A stretch of DNA of 64,000 bases from Phycisphaeraceae bacterium (GCA_963674705.1 OY771506.1:3904001-3968000), one strand, 5' to 3'. Counted from the first letter of the stretch, positions 19,641 to 29,610 are shown. Numbers and translations: made by a program. Notes: generated by a model from the sequence alone, not told the origin.

Positions 19641-20192
19641 TTACCTAGGCTTGCTATCGTGCGTTTTGCTTTTCCCATACATCTTGTAGAAGGAATCCCG
19701 CATACCAACCTGCAATTGATTGCCGTTGGGTCGCCTGTATACGACAATGACTTCTATGGTGCTGCCAACAGGGTACACTTGATCTCCCGGCTTTGTCTCT
19801 ACATCTTCGGGAAGATTTACCACTTCAAGAAATGCCAGCTCTCCCGATGGCATTTTGACCCAATGGTGCATGTAGATGTGGCCCATCACAACGGCATCGG
19901 TCACGTCACCAGGACTGTACCCCTTGCTTTTGCCGAATCTCTTAAAGCAGGAATCCAACATGCTGACTTGTAGTTGTTTGGCGTCTCTGTGCCATCCTAC
20001 AACGATTACTTCGACGCAGTACCCAGGATGATGTGCTTGATTAGTCAGTTGTTGCAATACATCTTCAGGGATAGATCGCACATCAAGCCTGGCTTTGGTA
20101 ACAGTAGACAATGTAACTTCATAGTGGTCTTGATCGCGGCCAGTCACAGATCCATGGACTACATCTCCCGGATTGAATTGTGTCGGTTTCAT
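19641..20192 (-). CDS. Protein with two divergent S1-like domains
   Basis: Internal duplication PGDVVHGSVTG..VEVIVV..QLQVSM..FKRFGKSK / PGDVTDAVVMG..IEVIVV..QLQVGM..YKMYGKSK. Confidence 0.65.
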   Translation of the reverse strand: MKPTQFNPGDVVHGSVTGRDQDHYEVTLSTVTKARLDVRSIPEDVLQQLTNQAHHPGYCVEVIVVGWHRDAKQLQVSMLDSCFKRFGKSKGYSPGDVTDAVVMGHIYMHHWVKMPSGELAFLEVVNLPEDVETKPGDQVYPVGSTIEVIVVYRRPNGNQLQVGMRDSFYKMYGKSKTHDSKPR

Positions 20193-20320
20193 ACGATGTA
20201 TTATGACAGTTTAGAAGTCGTTTCGCGTCAAACCCAAAAGCGTCATCGGCTACTCGACTACCGATTCGGTGTTGAGGGCGGTGTGCGGGCGAGGTCCTTT
20301 ACCCGTTACATTCAGGGGCA

Positions 20321-20346
20321 TGGATCCCTGCTTACGCAGGCATGAC
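20321..20346. repeat. Single copy of the TGGAT.CC.GC...GC.GG.ATGAC palindrome
   Basis: TGGATCCCTGCTTACGCAGGCATGAC; matches the right half of 3702-3776. Confidence 0.6.
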
Positions 20347-20450
20347 GTTAGAAGAAACGTCAATTGTTCTGAGCCGTAAGTCACTGTCACGGCAAGCGTT
20401 CTGACGCGGGATGTGCCACTGATACTTATTTGCGGCTGGGGTAGACTCAC

Positions 20451-20479
20451 TTGACATGGCGGCGGTTATCCACTGTAAT
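20451..20479 (+). promoter_or_regulatory. Sigma-70-type promoter for rpsD
   Basis: TTGACA-N17-TGTAAT. Confidence 0.65.
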
Positions 20480-20590
20480 ACTTGGCTCGAAACAGCAGGA
20501 CCGCAGTGGTTCTGCACTTCCTGGCAGCCGCGGAGCCGTAGTCACGGCCGAGTACCAAGAGGCGTCCCGGTAACTCGGGATGGAATTACG

Positions 20591-21190
20591 ATGGCCAACT
20601 ATACAGGCCCGAAGGTCAAATTGTCTCGTCGCGTCGGCGTCCCCATCGCTGACATCCCCAAGCACACCGCCAAGCGTCAGCTCAATCCCCCCGGCATGCA
20701 TGGGTTCCGCGGCCGTCGTCTGCGTGACTTCGGTATCCGCCTCAATGAAAAGCAGAAGCTGCGTTACCACTACAACGTGCTCGAAAAGCAGTTCCGTGGC
20801 TACATGGCCAAAGCCTCGACCATGAAGGGTAACACCGGTGAGGTGATGCTGAAGCTGCTGGAAACACGTCTGGACAACGTGATCCGCCGCATGGGCTGGG
20901 GCCGAACGATCTGGGCCTCGCGTCAACTGGTCGGCCACGGCCACGTGCTGGTCAACGGCCGCAAGACGGATATCGCCAGCTACCGCGTGAAGGTCGGCGA
21001 TGAGATCACCCTCAAGCCGAAGATCCAGAAGGTCGTCCGCGAGAACATGGAAACCATGCCCGGCCACAACGTCCCCGGCTGGCTGATGTTCGACCCCTCG
21101 ACGCTGACCGCCAAGGTCACCGCCGAACCGACCATCGAAGAAATCCCCTTCGACGTCAACATGAACCTGATCGTCGAATTCTATCGCTGA
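20591..21190 (+). CDS. rpsD: 30S ribosomal protein S4
   Basis: MANYTGPKVKLSRR, PPGMHG, LNEKQKLR, LETRLDNV and RQLVGHGH. Confidence 0.98.
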   Translation: MANYTGPKVKLSRRVGVPIADIPKHTAKRQLNPPGMHGFRGRRLRDFGIRLNEKQKLRYHYNVLEKQFRGYMAKASTMKGNTGEVMLKLLETRLDNVIRRMGWGRTIWASRQLVGHGHVLVNGRKTDIASYRVKVGDEITLKPKIQKVVRENMETMPGHNVPGWLMFDPSTLTAKVTAEPTIEEIPFDVNMNLIVEFYR

Positions 21191-21217
21191 TTCAGCGCGA
21201 TTTATCGAGATGCCCCG

Positions 21218-21249
21218 AAGCCCATGGATTGCCATCCATGGGCTTTTTT
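21218..21249 (+). terminator. Intrinsic terminator of rpsD
   Basis: AAGCCCATGGAT-TGCC-ATCCATGGGCTT followed by a T-tract. Confidence 0.85.
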
Positions 21250-21305
21250 AATGCTCATCCGAACCTATGGTAAAATCTACATTTCAAACTTACGGGGATT
21301 TAATT

Positions 21306-23009
21306 ATGAATCGCATTTACTTCGTCTTCGCATTTGTCTCACTGGCACTCTCGTCAGCCACGGTATCAGCCAGGAATTGGGAGGATCAAACGCGCCAACT
21401 GATGGGGCATGTAATAGTGTCAGATTATGACAGTGCGTTGGGGGCCGCCCACCTAGCTTTGGAAGCCGCTAAGCAGGAATTGGGACCCGAACATCCCAAC
21501 ACGGCAAGGGCGATGAATAATCTGGGCTGGGTCTATCTACAACTTGATCGGTTAGAGGACGCTCGGATGGTATTGGACCAAGCGATTCAAATTTGGGACG
21601 CCTCGCCGGATTTCGAACATGCCGATCTTGCCATTGCTCTTGACAATCTCGCCAGATGCCACAAACGGCTGGGCAATGACTTATGGATGATACATTTGAA
21701 TAGGCGGACGTTGGAAGAACGGTCTCTCTCAGACAGTGAGTCTTACGATAATCTTGAGCGTGTTCCTGAGATATCACTGGGTACCCAAATATTGGGTGAA
21801 GTGGAAGCTGAGCCGTTTACTGTGGCGGTTCGAAAGGCAATCCTGAAGGAGGATGACAAGCAATACGAGGTGGGCATTCAGTTGTGTGACTTGGCTTATT
21901 CATACATGAAACACCACCAATACGAGTATGCCGAGCAGTTACTGAACAAATCCGAAGAGGTTTTAGAGCAGACCTTAGGCCCCAACGACAGTCGAAATGT
22001 CCGTACTATCCTTGGTCTAGCCGGAATACGTGGGAAGTCGGGTGACCTTGCAGCGGTAGAACAATTGTATGTCAAGGCCTTGAATATACTCGAACAATCA
22101 CCGAGTAAGGATATCGATCAAGTGGTACAAATTCATTGGGGATTGCGCGGTCTGTACAAGCGCACGAACCAGTCGGAGTTGACTGACTATATCAGCGACA
22201 GGGTCCAGCTAGTGGCCGATATTGAAGCGGGACGAAAACCCAAAACCACACCTCTCGATCAAGTTGAGATCAAGATGATACGAGCGGATGGTACTTCCCG
22301 CTTCGATGAGCCAGAGATTCAGATGTTGGTGGCCGACGAGTATTTGAGGCAAGCGGTGTCCGCAGATCTTCTCCGTGATTACGTACTGGCTGAATCCCGC
22401 TACCGGGTTGTTTTGGACCTTCGTACTAAGGCTCTTGGGCCGAAGCACCCGCAGGTTGCTGAAACACACAGGCGGATCGCAGATCTCTACATGGCCGTAG
22501 GTCTCTATGGGTTAGCTGAAGTTCACTACGAACGCGCGCTTGCGATCCGTGAGACCGTGATGGAGCCGAATAACCCGAATCTTGGTCTTATCAAGAGTAG
22601 CTTGGCCGAGCTGCATATGGTACGCAGTCAAGTCGAGCGCGTACCAAGCGAAGAACAGCAACACATAGAATTGGAGGCCAAAGAACACGCGCCTAAGACA
22701 GACATGAACACCACGGTGAAACCAACTCGTAGACTATCTGGTTGGGACTCGGAAACTGAGGCCGAATGGCACCGTCTGAATGCCGAGTTTGATAAGTCAT
22801 TCATGGCTCAGGATTATATTTCTGCAGGCGTCATTGCTGGCAGAGCCCTTTGGTGGGCCAAACACCACGTCGGCCCCCGCCATCTTGATACCGCCTTGTC
22901 TTACGAACGTATTGAGCAAATTTTAAGGGCCATGGGTAGGGATAAAGAGGCGGAAATTTACGCTAAGTCCGCTGAGAAGGTACGAGAACGGGTCCGTGAT
23001 ACTAACTGA
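21306..23009 (+). CDS. Secreted TPR protein (kinesin-light-chain-type repeats)
   Basis: Signal peptide MNRIYF..SA; repeated LGPxHP..A...NNL/ERALAIRE units. Confidence 0.85.
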   Translation: MNRIYFVFAFVSLALSSATVSARNWEDQTRQLMGHVIVSDYDSALGAAHLALEAAKQELGPEHPNTARAMNNLGWVYLQLDRLEDARMVLDQAIQIWDASPDFEHADLAIALDNLARCHKRLGNDLWMIHLNRRTLEERSLSDSESYDNLERVPEISLGTQILGEVEAEPFTVAVRKAILKEDDKQYEVGIQLCDLAYSYMKHHQYEYAEQLLNKSEEVLEQTLGPNDSRNVRTILGLAGIRGKSGDLAAVEQLYVKALNILEQSPSKDIDQVVQIHWGLRGLYKRTNQSELTDYISDRVQLVADIEAGRKPKTTPLDQVEIKMIRADGTSRFDEPEIQMLVADEYLRQAVSADLLRDYVLAESRYRVVLDLRTKALGPKHPQVAETHRRIADLYMAVGLYGLAEVHYERALAIRETVMEPNNPNLGLIKSSLAELHMVRSQVERVPSEEQQHIELEAKEHAPKTDMNTTVKPTRRLSGWDSETEAEWHRLNAEFDKSFMAQDYISAGVIAGRALWWAKHHVGPRHLDTALSYERIEQILRAMGRDKEAEIYAKSAEKVRERVRDTN

Positions 23010-23125
23010 CCTTGCTCATTTGCCACAAACCCCATGATCGGCCATGATGCTTGTATGCATCCATAACCCACTCTTGGGATGTGAGATGCAACAGGTACCT
23101 CATAACGACTAACGGAGCACCCCAC

Positions 23126-23911
23126 ATGGGTCTGATGGACGGCAAGAAGGGCATCGTTTTCGGGATCGCGAACGACCGCAGTTATGCGACCTATATCACC
23201 AAGAGCCTTTTGGAGCACGGTGCGACGTGCGGGTTTACGCATCTGCCGGACGCCAAGGGCAAGATGGAGCGGCGGTGCCGGATGGCGGTCGAGGAACTGG
23301 GCGTGACAGACCCGTGGCTGGCACCGTGCGATGCATCCAAGGATGAGGACCTGGACGCGGTATTCGAGAAAATCGAAAAGGACTTCGGGACGATCGACTT
23401 TATCGTGCATTCGATCGCCTTTGCCGACCGGGATTTCTTGAAGATCGGCAACTTCTATAAAACGACCCGCGAGGCTTATCTGCAGGCGGTGGATATCAGT
23501 GCGTACACGCTGCTGGCGATGGGCCAGCGAGCGGTCAAGGTCATGCCCAACGGTGGCTCGATGCTGGCGATGAGCTACTACGGCGGCGAGAAGGTTGTGC
23601 CGGGCTACAACGTCATGGGTGTGGCGAAGGCTGCCTTGGAGCATACCGCCAAGTACCTGGCCTACGATCTGGGCGAGAAGAACATCCGTGTGAACACCAT
23701 CAGCGGCGGGCCGCTGAAGACGCTTGCGGCCTCCGCGGTGGGCGGGATCAGCGAGATGTTCGACCATCAGGAACGTAAAGCCGCTTTAAAGCGGAACATA
23801 ACGGGCGAAGAGGTCGGCAACACGGCAGTCTATCTGCTCAGCGAGATGTCCAGCGGGGTAACCGGTGAGAACATCCACGTGGACGCAGGTTTTAGTATCG
23901 TCGGGCTCTAA
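23126..23911 (+). CDS. fabI: Enoyl-ACP reductase
   Basis: GIANDRS, VHSIAFA, YNVMGVAKAALE and ISGGPLKTLAA; RBS GGAG before ATG 23126. Confidence 0.96.
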   Translation: MGLMDGKKGIVFGIANDRSYATYITKSLLEHGATCGFTHLPDAKGKMERRCRMAVEELGVTDPWLAPCDASKDEDLDAVFEKIEKDFGTIDFIVHSIAFADRDFLKIGNFYKTTREAYLQAVDISAYTLLAMGQRAVKVMPNGGSMLAMSYYGGEKVVPGYNVMGVAKAALEHTAKYLAYDLGEKNIRVNTISGGPLKTLAASAVGGISEMFDHQERKAALKRNITGEEVGNTAVYLLSEMSSGVTGENIHVDAGFSIVGL

Positions 23912-24044
23912 ACCGATACCAATAAACAGGTCAACCGCATCGCACGGGTTTAGCCAAGTACGGCCCGGCGCGTGGTGGCTCGCATGTCGACAAGGCGTCG
24001 ACTTGCCCGTGAAACCATGCTCCTTAAGGCACGGAGGCTTAGCC

Positions 24045-25013
24045 ATGCCCATCCGATTTCGTTGTCAGGACTGTCGCTCCCGCGTGAAGGTTCCCGAGGG
24101 GACCCAGGGCAAACAGGTGAAGTGCCCGCGCTGCGGCAGGATTCAGTCCGTCCCCCGTCATGAGAGCCATCAGAATGCTGTGAGCCAGACAAACAGTCTG
24201 GAGGTGCATACCTGCGTCGGCTCGATCCACCGGGCGCCCAAGCGCAAGGAAACGCTGGTCGGTGCGGGTGTGAGTGATGACCGCCATGCGTTCTCAGGCG
24301 GCGGGGCTCCGGGCGGTAGTGGCTTGGATATCCCGACGCACGATGTTCTGGAAACCGAGCATGGCAAGGCCAACGGCAAGCAGATGTCCCGCAAGGAGCG
24401 TCGGCGTCGGGCGGCGTTAGCGCGTCAAGCCCAGCGTGAACGTGAAGAGATGGCTGCTCGTGAAGAGGCTGCCAAGGAAGACCAAGCCATCGCTGAATGT
24501 AGAAAGCAGGTCGAGGACATTTTTGCCTCGGCTCGGAATAAGGACTTTACCCGCGAGGATGTCGAGTCGGAGGTTGAGCAGACTGTCGTAAAGACCACCG
24601 CTGCAGCTCCGGTAGAGGCGCCGAAGCCTATCACGTTATGCGGCTCCAAGCGTATTGCCAAGACTGCCGAAGCAGTCGAACCCGTTGAAAAGACCGTCGA
24701 GAAAGTCGAGAAGCCCGAGCCTGTGCGTACGGCCAAGATGCAAGCCCCAGCCAAGCAAGAGGGCTGGACTATCGACTTCACGAATGAGGCTTATCCGTTC
24801 CTGCGGATCATCCCGTGGGTGTTGCGTATCACCGCGCTGATGCTGATCGGTCCGGCGTTCAAGATCATGCTCGTTGCCGATGCCAGCGGATTCAGCGGCG
24901 TGGTCTGCATGCTGATCCTCTTTGCCGGCTTGTCGATGGTCGTTGTGACCTGGACGGTAGGCGAGATCGCCAACGCGGTCAGGGATATCGCTCTGAAGAA
25001 AGCTGCAGGATAG
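24045..25013 (+). CDS. N-terminal Zn-ribbon protein with charged linker and two C-terminal TM helices
   Basis: MPIRFRCQDC...GKQVKCPRC; RBS GGAGG. Confidence 0.75.
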   Translation: MPIRFRCQDCRSRVKVPEGTQGKQVKCPRCGRIQSVPRHESHQNAVSQTNSLEVHTCVGSIHRAPKRKETLVGAGVSDDRHAFSGGGAPGGSGLDIPTHDVLETEHGKANGKQMSRKERRRRAALARQAQREREEMAAREEAAKEDQAIAECRKQVEDIFASARNKDFTREDVESEVEQTVVKTTAAAPVEAPKPITLCGSKRIAKTAEAVEPVEKTVEKVEKPEPVRTAKMQAPAKQEGWTIDFTNEAYPFLRIIPWVLRITALMLIGPAFKIMLVADASGFSGVVCMLILFAGLSMVVVTWTVGEIANAVRDIALKKAAG

Positions 25014-25029
25014 CGGGGGGTAATCTTAA

Positions 25030-25104
25030 TTAGCCACGAAAAGGCGCAGAAGACACAGAAGGGCCTCGCCAATGAGCACCTTTTGTGTCTTCTGTGCTTT
25101 TGGG
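25030..25104. repeat. Inverted repeat built of about 9-bp CACAGAAGA units
   Basis: TTAGCCACGAAAAGGCGCAGAAGACACAGAAGG ... CCTTTTGTGTCTTCTGTGCTTTTGGG. Confidence 0.65.
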
Positions 25105-25137
25105 ATTGATGTATTGATTCAACTATGATGGGGTTGA

Positions 25138-27054
25138 ATGAGTAAAGCTAACGAACAACCAAAGGCAGATGTTGTTGCAACCCGAGGGGTGTGGTGGGTG
25201 CCTGTCTGCCTGGTCATTGCTGGCACGCTTGTTTATCTCAATACGCTGGGCAATCCGTTTGTCTTTGACTCCGTCGCGTGGATCGTCGGCAAGGATCGTG
25301 TGCATAGTCTGTCGAACATCGGCGGGATGCTGAGCCAGAGCAATCGGCCGGTGCTGGAGATTACGCTGGCGATCAACTACACGCTGGGTGGAGAGAATCC
25401 TGCCGGGTATCACTTGTTCAACCTGGCTGTGCACGTGCTGGCGGGACTCGTGCTTTACGGGCTGGTTCGTCGGACGATCCACTTACCGTACTTCAGCGAG
25501 GCTCTCAGAGCGAGAGCAAACTGGCTGGCGGGAGCGGTGGCGCTGATCTGGCTGGTGCATCCGCTGAACACGCAGAGTGTGACGTACGTGATCCAGCGAG
25601 GCGAATCTCTGATGGGATTGTGTTACCTTCTGACGCTGTACTGCTTCGTACGATACGCGACCGGCGGTGGGAAGCTTTACGCGGTATTTGCTGTACTCGC
25701 CTGCTGGATCGGCGTGGGGTGTAAGGAAGTGATCGCTACGGCTCCGCTTGTCGTGCTGATATATGACTTCACGTTCATCCGAGATTCTATCCAGCAAACG
25801 TTGCGCAAGCGTTGGGCGATCTATCTCGGCCTGTTCGCCATGTGGTTGCCGCTCGCGGTGATCCTTGTGCGCGGATTGGGTGGAGACGATGCATCTGCGG
25901 GGCTGGCGTTGGAAGGCAAGTTGCTTTCTCGCTGGACCTATCTATTAACGCAGCCGGGCGTGATCCTGGAGGTGTACCTGCGAAAAGCGTTCTGGCCTTC
26001 TCCGCTGGTATTAGATTACATGTGGCCACCTGCTATCCCGCAAGACACGCCCAGCGATCAGGTGATGCATCTGTTTATCAGCCGCGTCCTGTTTCAGGGG
26101 TTGATCGTGACGGGATTGTTCTTCACCGCTGTCATAGGTGTCATCCGCAAGACGTGGTGGGGATTTGTCCTGGCCTGCTTCTTCCTGATCCTCGCGCCGA
26201 CCTCCAGCATCATGCCGATCGCCGACCTTGCGGTTGAGCACAGGATGTATCTGCCGTTGATCTGTGTGGTGCTCATTGTTGTCGTTATGGTAGATCAGTT
26301 AATCCGCCGTGCATCGCCGCAGATGGCGTGGAAGCTGGAAGCGCTCTTGGTTAGTGTGGTTGTAATCGTGCTGGGGCTGCAGACTTTTGTTCGCAACGTG
26401 GATTATCGCAGCAATGTCGCTGTATGGGACGCGACCGTTATCGCCCGGCCAAATAATCCACGTGCCTGGCACAACCTCGGTTCAGCACTGAATGACAGCG
26501 GTGAACCTGACCAGGCGATGTTCTGTTATGAAAAGGTGCTTGAGCTTGTTCCCCAATACCATGAGGCACAGTTCGGCATCGGCGGGATATGGCTGGACCG
26601 AGGCAACATGGATAAAGCTATCGAGCGATTTTCTGCCGCGGTCGAACTCAAGCCGGACGACGCTTCGTACCAGGCGCACCTTGGTCAGGCGTACATGTTG
26701 AATCAGCAATTCGACAAAGCGGAACAGTGCCTTGAAAAAGCCATCGAACTGGACCCACAGTATGCCAGGGCATATGAAAGCATGGGGCTACTGAGTCTTG
26801 CGCGTCAGGATATTGATGGGGCGATCGATGCCTTCCGCAAGGCTGTAGAAGTTGATCCTGAACAGATGGCCTCGCGTCGGAATCTTGCAGCAGCCTTGAA
26901 TGACGCGGGGCAGACCGCAGAGGCAATCCAGGTGCTTAATGAGGCGATCGACTATGCCCAAAGCACACATAAACCGGAAGCTCTCATTGCCGACCTCATG
27001 AATCGCCGCAGTCGTTATCAAGGTTTAACCTCGCCAGCACCTGTTGGGCCGTGA
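25138..27054 (+). CDS. TMTC-like (GT-C) membrane glycosyltransferase with TPR repeats
   Basis: RP, YHLFNLAVH, VHPLNTQSVTY..QR.E, KE, WPSPLVLDY and EHRMYLP, followed by TPRs. Confidence 0.87.
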   Translation: MSKANEQPKADVVATRGVWWVPVCLVIAGTLVYLNTLGNPFVFDSVAWIVGKDRVHSLSNIGGMLSQSNRPVLEITLAINYTLGGENPAGYHLFNLAVHVLAGLVLYGLVRRTIHLPYFSEALRARANWLAGAVALIWLVHPLNTQSVTYVIQRGESLMGLCYLLTLYCFVRYATGGGKLYAVFAVLACWIGVGCKEVIATAPLVVLIYDFTFIRDSIQQTLRKRWAIYLGLFAMWLPLAVILVRGLGGDDASAGLALEGKLLSRWTYLLTQPGVILEVYLRKAFWPSPLVLDYMWPPAIPQDTPSDQVMHLFISRVLFQGLIVTGLFFTAVIGVIRKTWWGFVLACFFLILAPTSSIMPIADLAVEHRMYLPLICVVLIVVVMVDQLIRRASPQMAWKLEALLVSVVVIVLGLQTFVRNVDYRSNVAVWDATVIARPNNPRAWHNLGSALNDSGEPDQAMFCYEKVLELVPQYHEAQFGIGGIWLDRGNMDKAIERFSAAVELKPDDASYQAHLGQAYMLNQQFDKAEQCLEKAIELDPQYARAYESMGLLSLARQDIDGAIDAFRKAVEVDPEQMASRRNLAAALNDAGQTAEAIQVLNEAIDYAQSTHKPEALIADLMNRRSRYQGLTSPAPVGP

Positions 27055-28165
27055 TGCGGACAAGCTGAGGTTCTGATTCGTCGGCCGCTATTTCGTTGAT
27101 ACGCTTGAGCAAAACAGGATCGCATTCATCTGCTAAAACGTTACCCAATGCGATCAGCGCGTTGCGTTTGAGCATGTCGAGTTTGATGCGTTTGAGGGCT
27201 GAGCCTTGAAATACTGCCTGGCGATCATCTTCGTTCCAATCGAGGATATCTGTCAGGCTTAATCCCGGGGCCGGGGGGCGTGGGGTGTGGTCGGGGTGAA
27301 GAGGGAGGTCGCTAAACCGCAAGCGGCTTGATGCACTTAATTCTTTCTCCTGCTCTCCTTTCTCCTGTTCACCTGCTCTATTATGCGGGCACACTTCCTG
27401 GCAGACGTCGCAACCTCCTATCCAGTTATCCATCATGGCCTGCAGGGAAGGGGCTATCTCACTGCGGTGTTCGATGGTCAGGTAGCTGATGCAGCGTGAC
27501 GCGTCGATCGAACGCGGACCATCCCGGCTGATGCACTGAGTGGGGCAGGCGTCGATACAGCGTGTGCAGGTGCCGCAATGGTCGGTGGGGGGGACTGTCG
27601 GATCGGGATACTCGGCCTCTTCGGAGGTCTGGAGTTTCAGTGTGGTGACGATCGTACCGAGCAGGAAGTATGAGCCGAAGCGGGGGTGGATGAGCAGCGT
27701 GTGTTTGCCGATCCAGCCCAAACCTGCTTTTGCTGCTACTTCACGTTCCAGAATCGGTGCGGTGTCGACCGTTGAGCGGAACTGTTCGTTTGGGTATTGC
27801 CCTGCCAGCACATCGGCCAGCTTGTGCAGCCGCTTTTTCATGGTCTTGTGATAGTCTTTGCCGAAGGCGTAGCGTGCGATACGGCCGTGGGGTGCGGGGC
27901 CTGCGGGTGGTTGTGTTGCCAATTCAGAGTGTTTATCCGCGACGCAGATGATAGAACGTGCGCCATCCAGAAGATTGCCCGGGTCTAACCGCACATCGAG
28001 ATGGTTGGCGAGGTAATGCATCTCACCGTGTTTGTCGGCCGCCAGCCATTCTCGCACGTGCTGCTCATGCTCGGTCTTTGCCGCTTCACAAACACCCACC
28101 AGCGCGAAACCGAGTTCACGTGCATGCTGGATGATCTGTTGTGTCGTGACCGCAGGTTTATTCAT
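26996..28165 (-). CDS. queG: Epoxyqueuosine reductase
   Basis: IARYA.GKDYH, VDTAPILER, GLGWIGK, CGTCTRCIDACPT, CISYLTIE and GCDVCQEVCP. Confidence 0.96.
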   Translation of the reverse strand: MNKPAVTTQQIIQHARELGFALVGVCEAAKTEHEQHVREWLAADKHGEMHYLANHLDVRLDPGNLLDGARSIICVADKHSELATQPPAGPAPHGRIARYAFGKDYHKTMKKRLHKLADVLAGQYPNEQFRSTVDTAPILEREVAAKAGLGWIGKHTLLIHPRFGSYFLLGTIVTTLKLQTSEEAEYPDPTVPPTDHCGTCTRCIDACPTQCISRDGPRSIDASRCISYLTIEHRSEIAPSLQAMMDNWIGGCDVCQEVCPHNRAGEQEKGEQEKELSASSRLRFSDLPLHPDHTPRPPAPGLSLTDILDWNEDDRQAVFQGSALKRIKLDMLKRNALIALGNVLADECDPVLLKRINEIAADESEPQLVRITAQQVLARLNLDNDCGDS

Positions 28166-28177
28166 GCAGGCAACCGC

Positions 28178-29572
28178 TTAAATCGATTGATACTTGTCAT
28201 GATAGTAGCGGAACTGGTGATAAGACAGACCGAGCAATCGCGCGGCTTCGGCCTTGTTGCCATCGGCCTGCTGCATGGCGTTTTGGATCAGGCTTTTACT
28301 GAGCGCATCGACCTGCCCGGTGAATGAACCATGCAATACGTTTGCGTCCGGCGACTGAAGGATGCCGAAGTCCTGTGGCGTGATCTCATTGGTCGTATCG
28401 CGATAAGCCGCTCGTTCGATGATGTTTTTCAATTCACGCACGTTACCGGGGAAGGGGTATTGCCGAAGTGTATCCAGAGCCGCTTTCGAGAGCTTTTTGC
28501 CTTTGAAGGCAGGTATTTCCATCGCGAACTGATATAGAAAATGGTTCGACAGCGTTTCGATATCACCCTTGCGCTCACGTAACGGCGGGACTTCAATCAA
28601 TTCAAATGAAAGCCTGTCGTAAAGATCGCTCAGGAAGTTGCCGTTGCGGATCAGTTGCTGCACATCACAGTTTGTTGCGGCGATGATGCGGGCGCTGGTT
28701 TTCAGCTCTTCGTGTCCACCCACCCTGCTGAAAGTGCCGTACTCCACCACCCGCAGGATCTTCTGCTGGAAGGTCAACGGCATGTTGCCGATTTCATCGA
28801 GGAAAAGTGTGCCCCCGTCCGCCAGTTCAAATTTGCCTTGCCGTGTGGCGTCTGCGCCGGTGAACGCGCCACGCTCGTGGCCGAACAATTCACTTTCCAG
28901 TAAGGCTTCGGGAAACGCGGCGCAGTTGACGGTGACGATCGGACGATTCGCCGGCCCGGCACTGAAGTGGATCGCACGGGCGACCAGTTCCTTACCCGTA
29001 CCACGTTCACCAACGATCAGAACCGGGCGGGGCACCTTCGCAACACGCTGGATCTGATCGATGACCGCCGTCATCTGCGGCGATCGGCCGATCAATTGGA
29101 ACCGGGCCTGCATGTCGTGGCGGAGCTGTGCATTCAGAGCATCCAACGCACGGTTGCGTTCGATAACGGAGAACAGGTTTTTGAGTTTGCCCAGAACGGT
29201 GGTGATGCGTTTTTCCAGTTGATCACCGCGTACAAGGAAGTCGGTAGCCCCTGCCGAGACGGCCTCCTGTGCAGAACCGACATCGCCGGCATCCGCGACC
29301 GCGAGGATCGGCACGTTCGAGTCCAACTCCCGTACGCGCTGGATCAGATCGAGCCCGCGGGTTTTGCCGTCGCCGTGGTCGACATGCACGAGTACAAGTC
29401 GGCGTTGATCCGGCTCCTTGAGATGCCGCTTTAGCGCCTGCTGTGTACGGACCACACGCACGTTGCAGCCTAAAGGGGTGTTGGCCTCCACCGCTTCGAT
29501 CAGGTCCCCCAAGCCATCGTCGGCGGGTTCCACGATGTAAACGTTTTGCAGCACAACCAGAGCATACAGCAT
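28178..29572 (-). CDS. Sigma-54 enhancer-binding protein with PspF-like AAA+/HTH and N-terminal degenerate receiver
   Basis: GERGTGKE, GAFTGA, ILRVVEYG, DLYDRL and HTH AARLLGLSYHQFRY; the receiver lacks the canonical Asp, Thr and Lys. Confidence 0.92.
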   Translation of the reverse strand: MLYALVVLQNVYIVEPADDGLGDLIEAVEANTPLGCNVRVVRTQQALKRHLKEPDQRRLVLVHVDHGDGKTRGLDLIQRVRELDSNVPILAVADAGDVGSAQEAVSAGATDFLVRGDQLEKRITTVLGKLKNLFSVIERNRALDALNAQLRHDMQARFQLIGRSPQMTAVIDQIQRVAKVPRPVLIVGERGTGKELVARAIHFSAGPANRPIVTVNCAAFPEALLESELFGHERGAFTGADATRQGKFELADGGTLFLDEIGNMPLTFQQKILRVVEYGTFSRVGGHEELKTSARIIAATNCDVQQLIRNGNFLSDLYDRLSFELIEVPPLRERKGDIETLSNHFLYQFAMEIPAFKGKKLSKAALDTLRQYPFPGNVRELKNIIERAAYRDTTNEITPQDFGILQSPDANVLHGSFTGQVDALSKSLIQNAMQQADGNKAEAARLLGLSYHQFRYYHDKYQSI

Positions 29573-29574
29573 AT

Positions 29575-29610
29575 GTGAGAATTTTCACCATACCTGATGA
29601 GAATTATCAT
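29575..29610. promoter_or_regulatory. Putative tandem upstream activator sites (UAS)
   Basis: Near-palindromes GTGAGAATTTTCAC (29575-88) and ATGAGAATTATCAT (29597-610), 22 bp apart. Confidence 0.6.

Noticed and set aside
22958..23767. 269-aa minus-strand ORF (likewise 44033-44869, 20447-21235 and 8877-9593)
   Set aside because: Antisense to well-supported genes (fabI, CoADR, rpsD, pcm).
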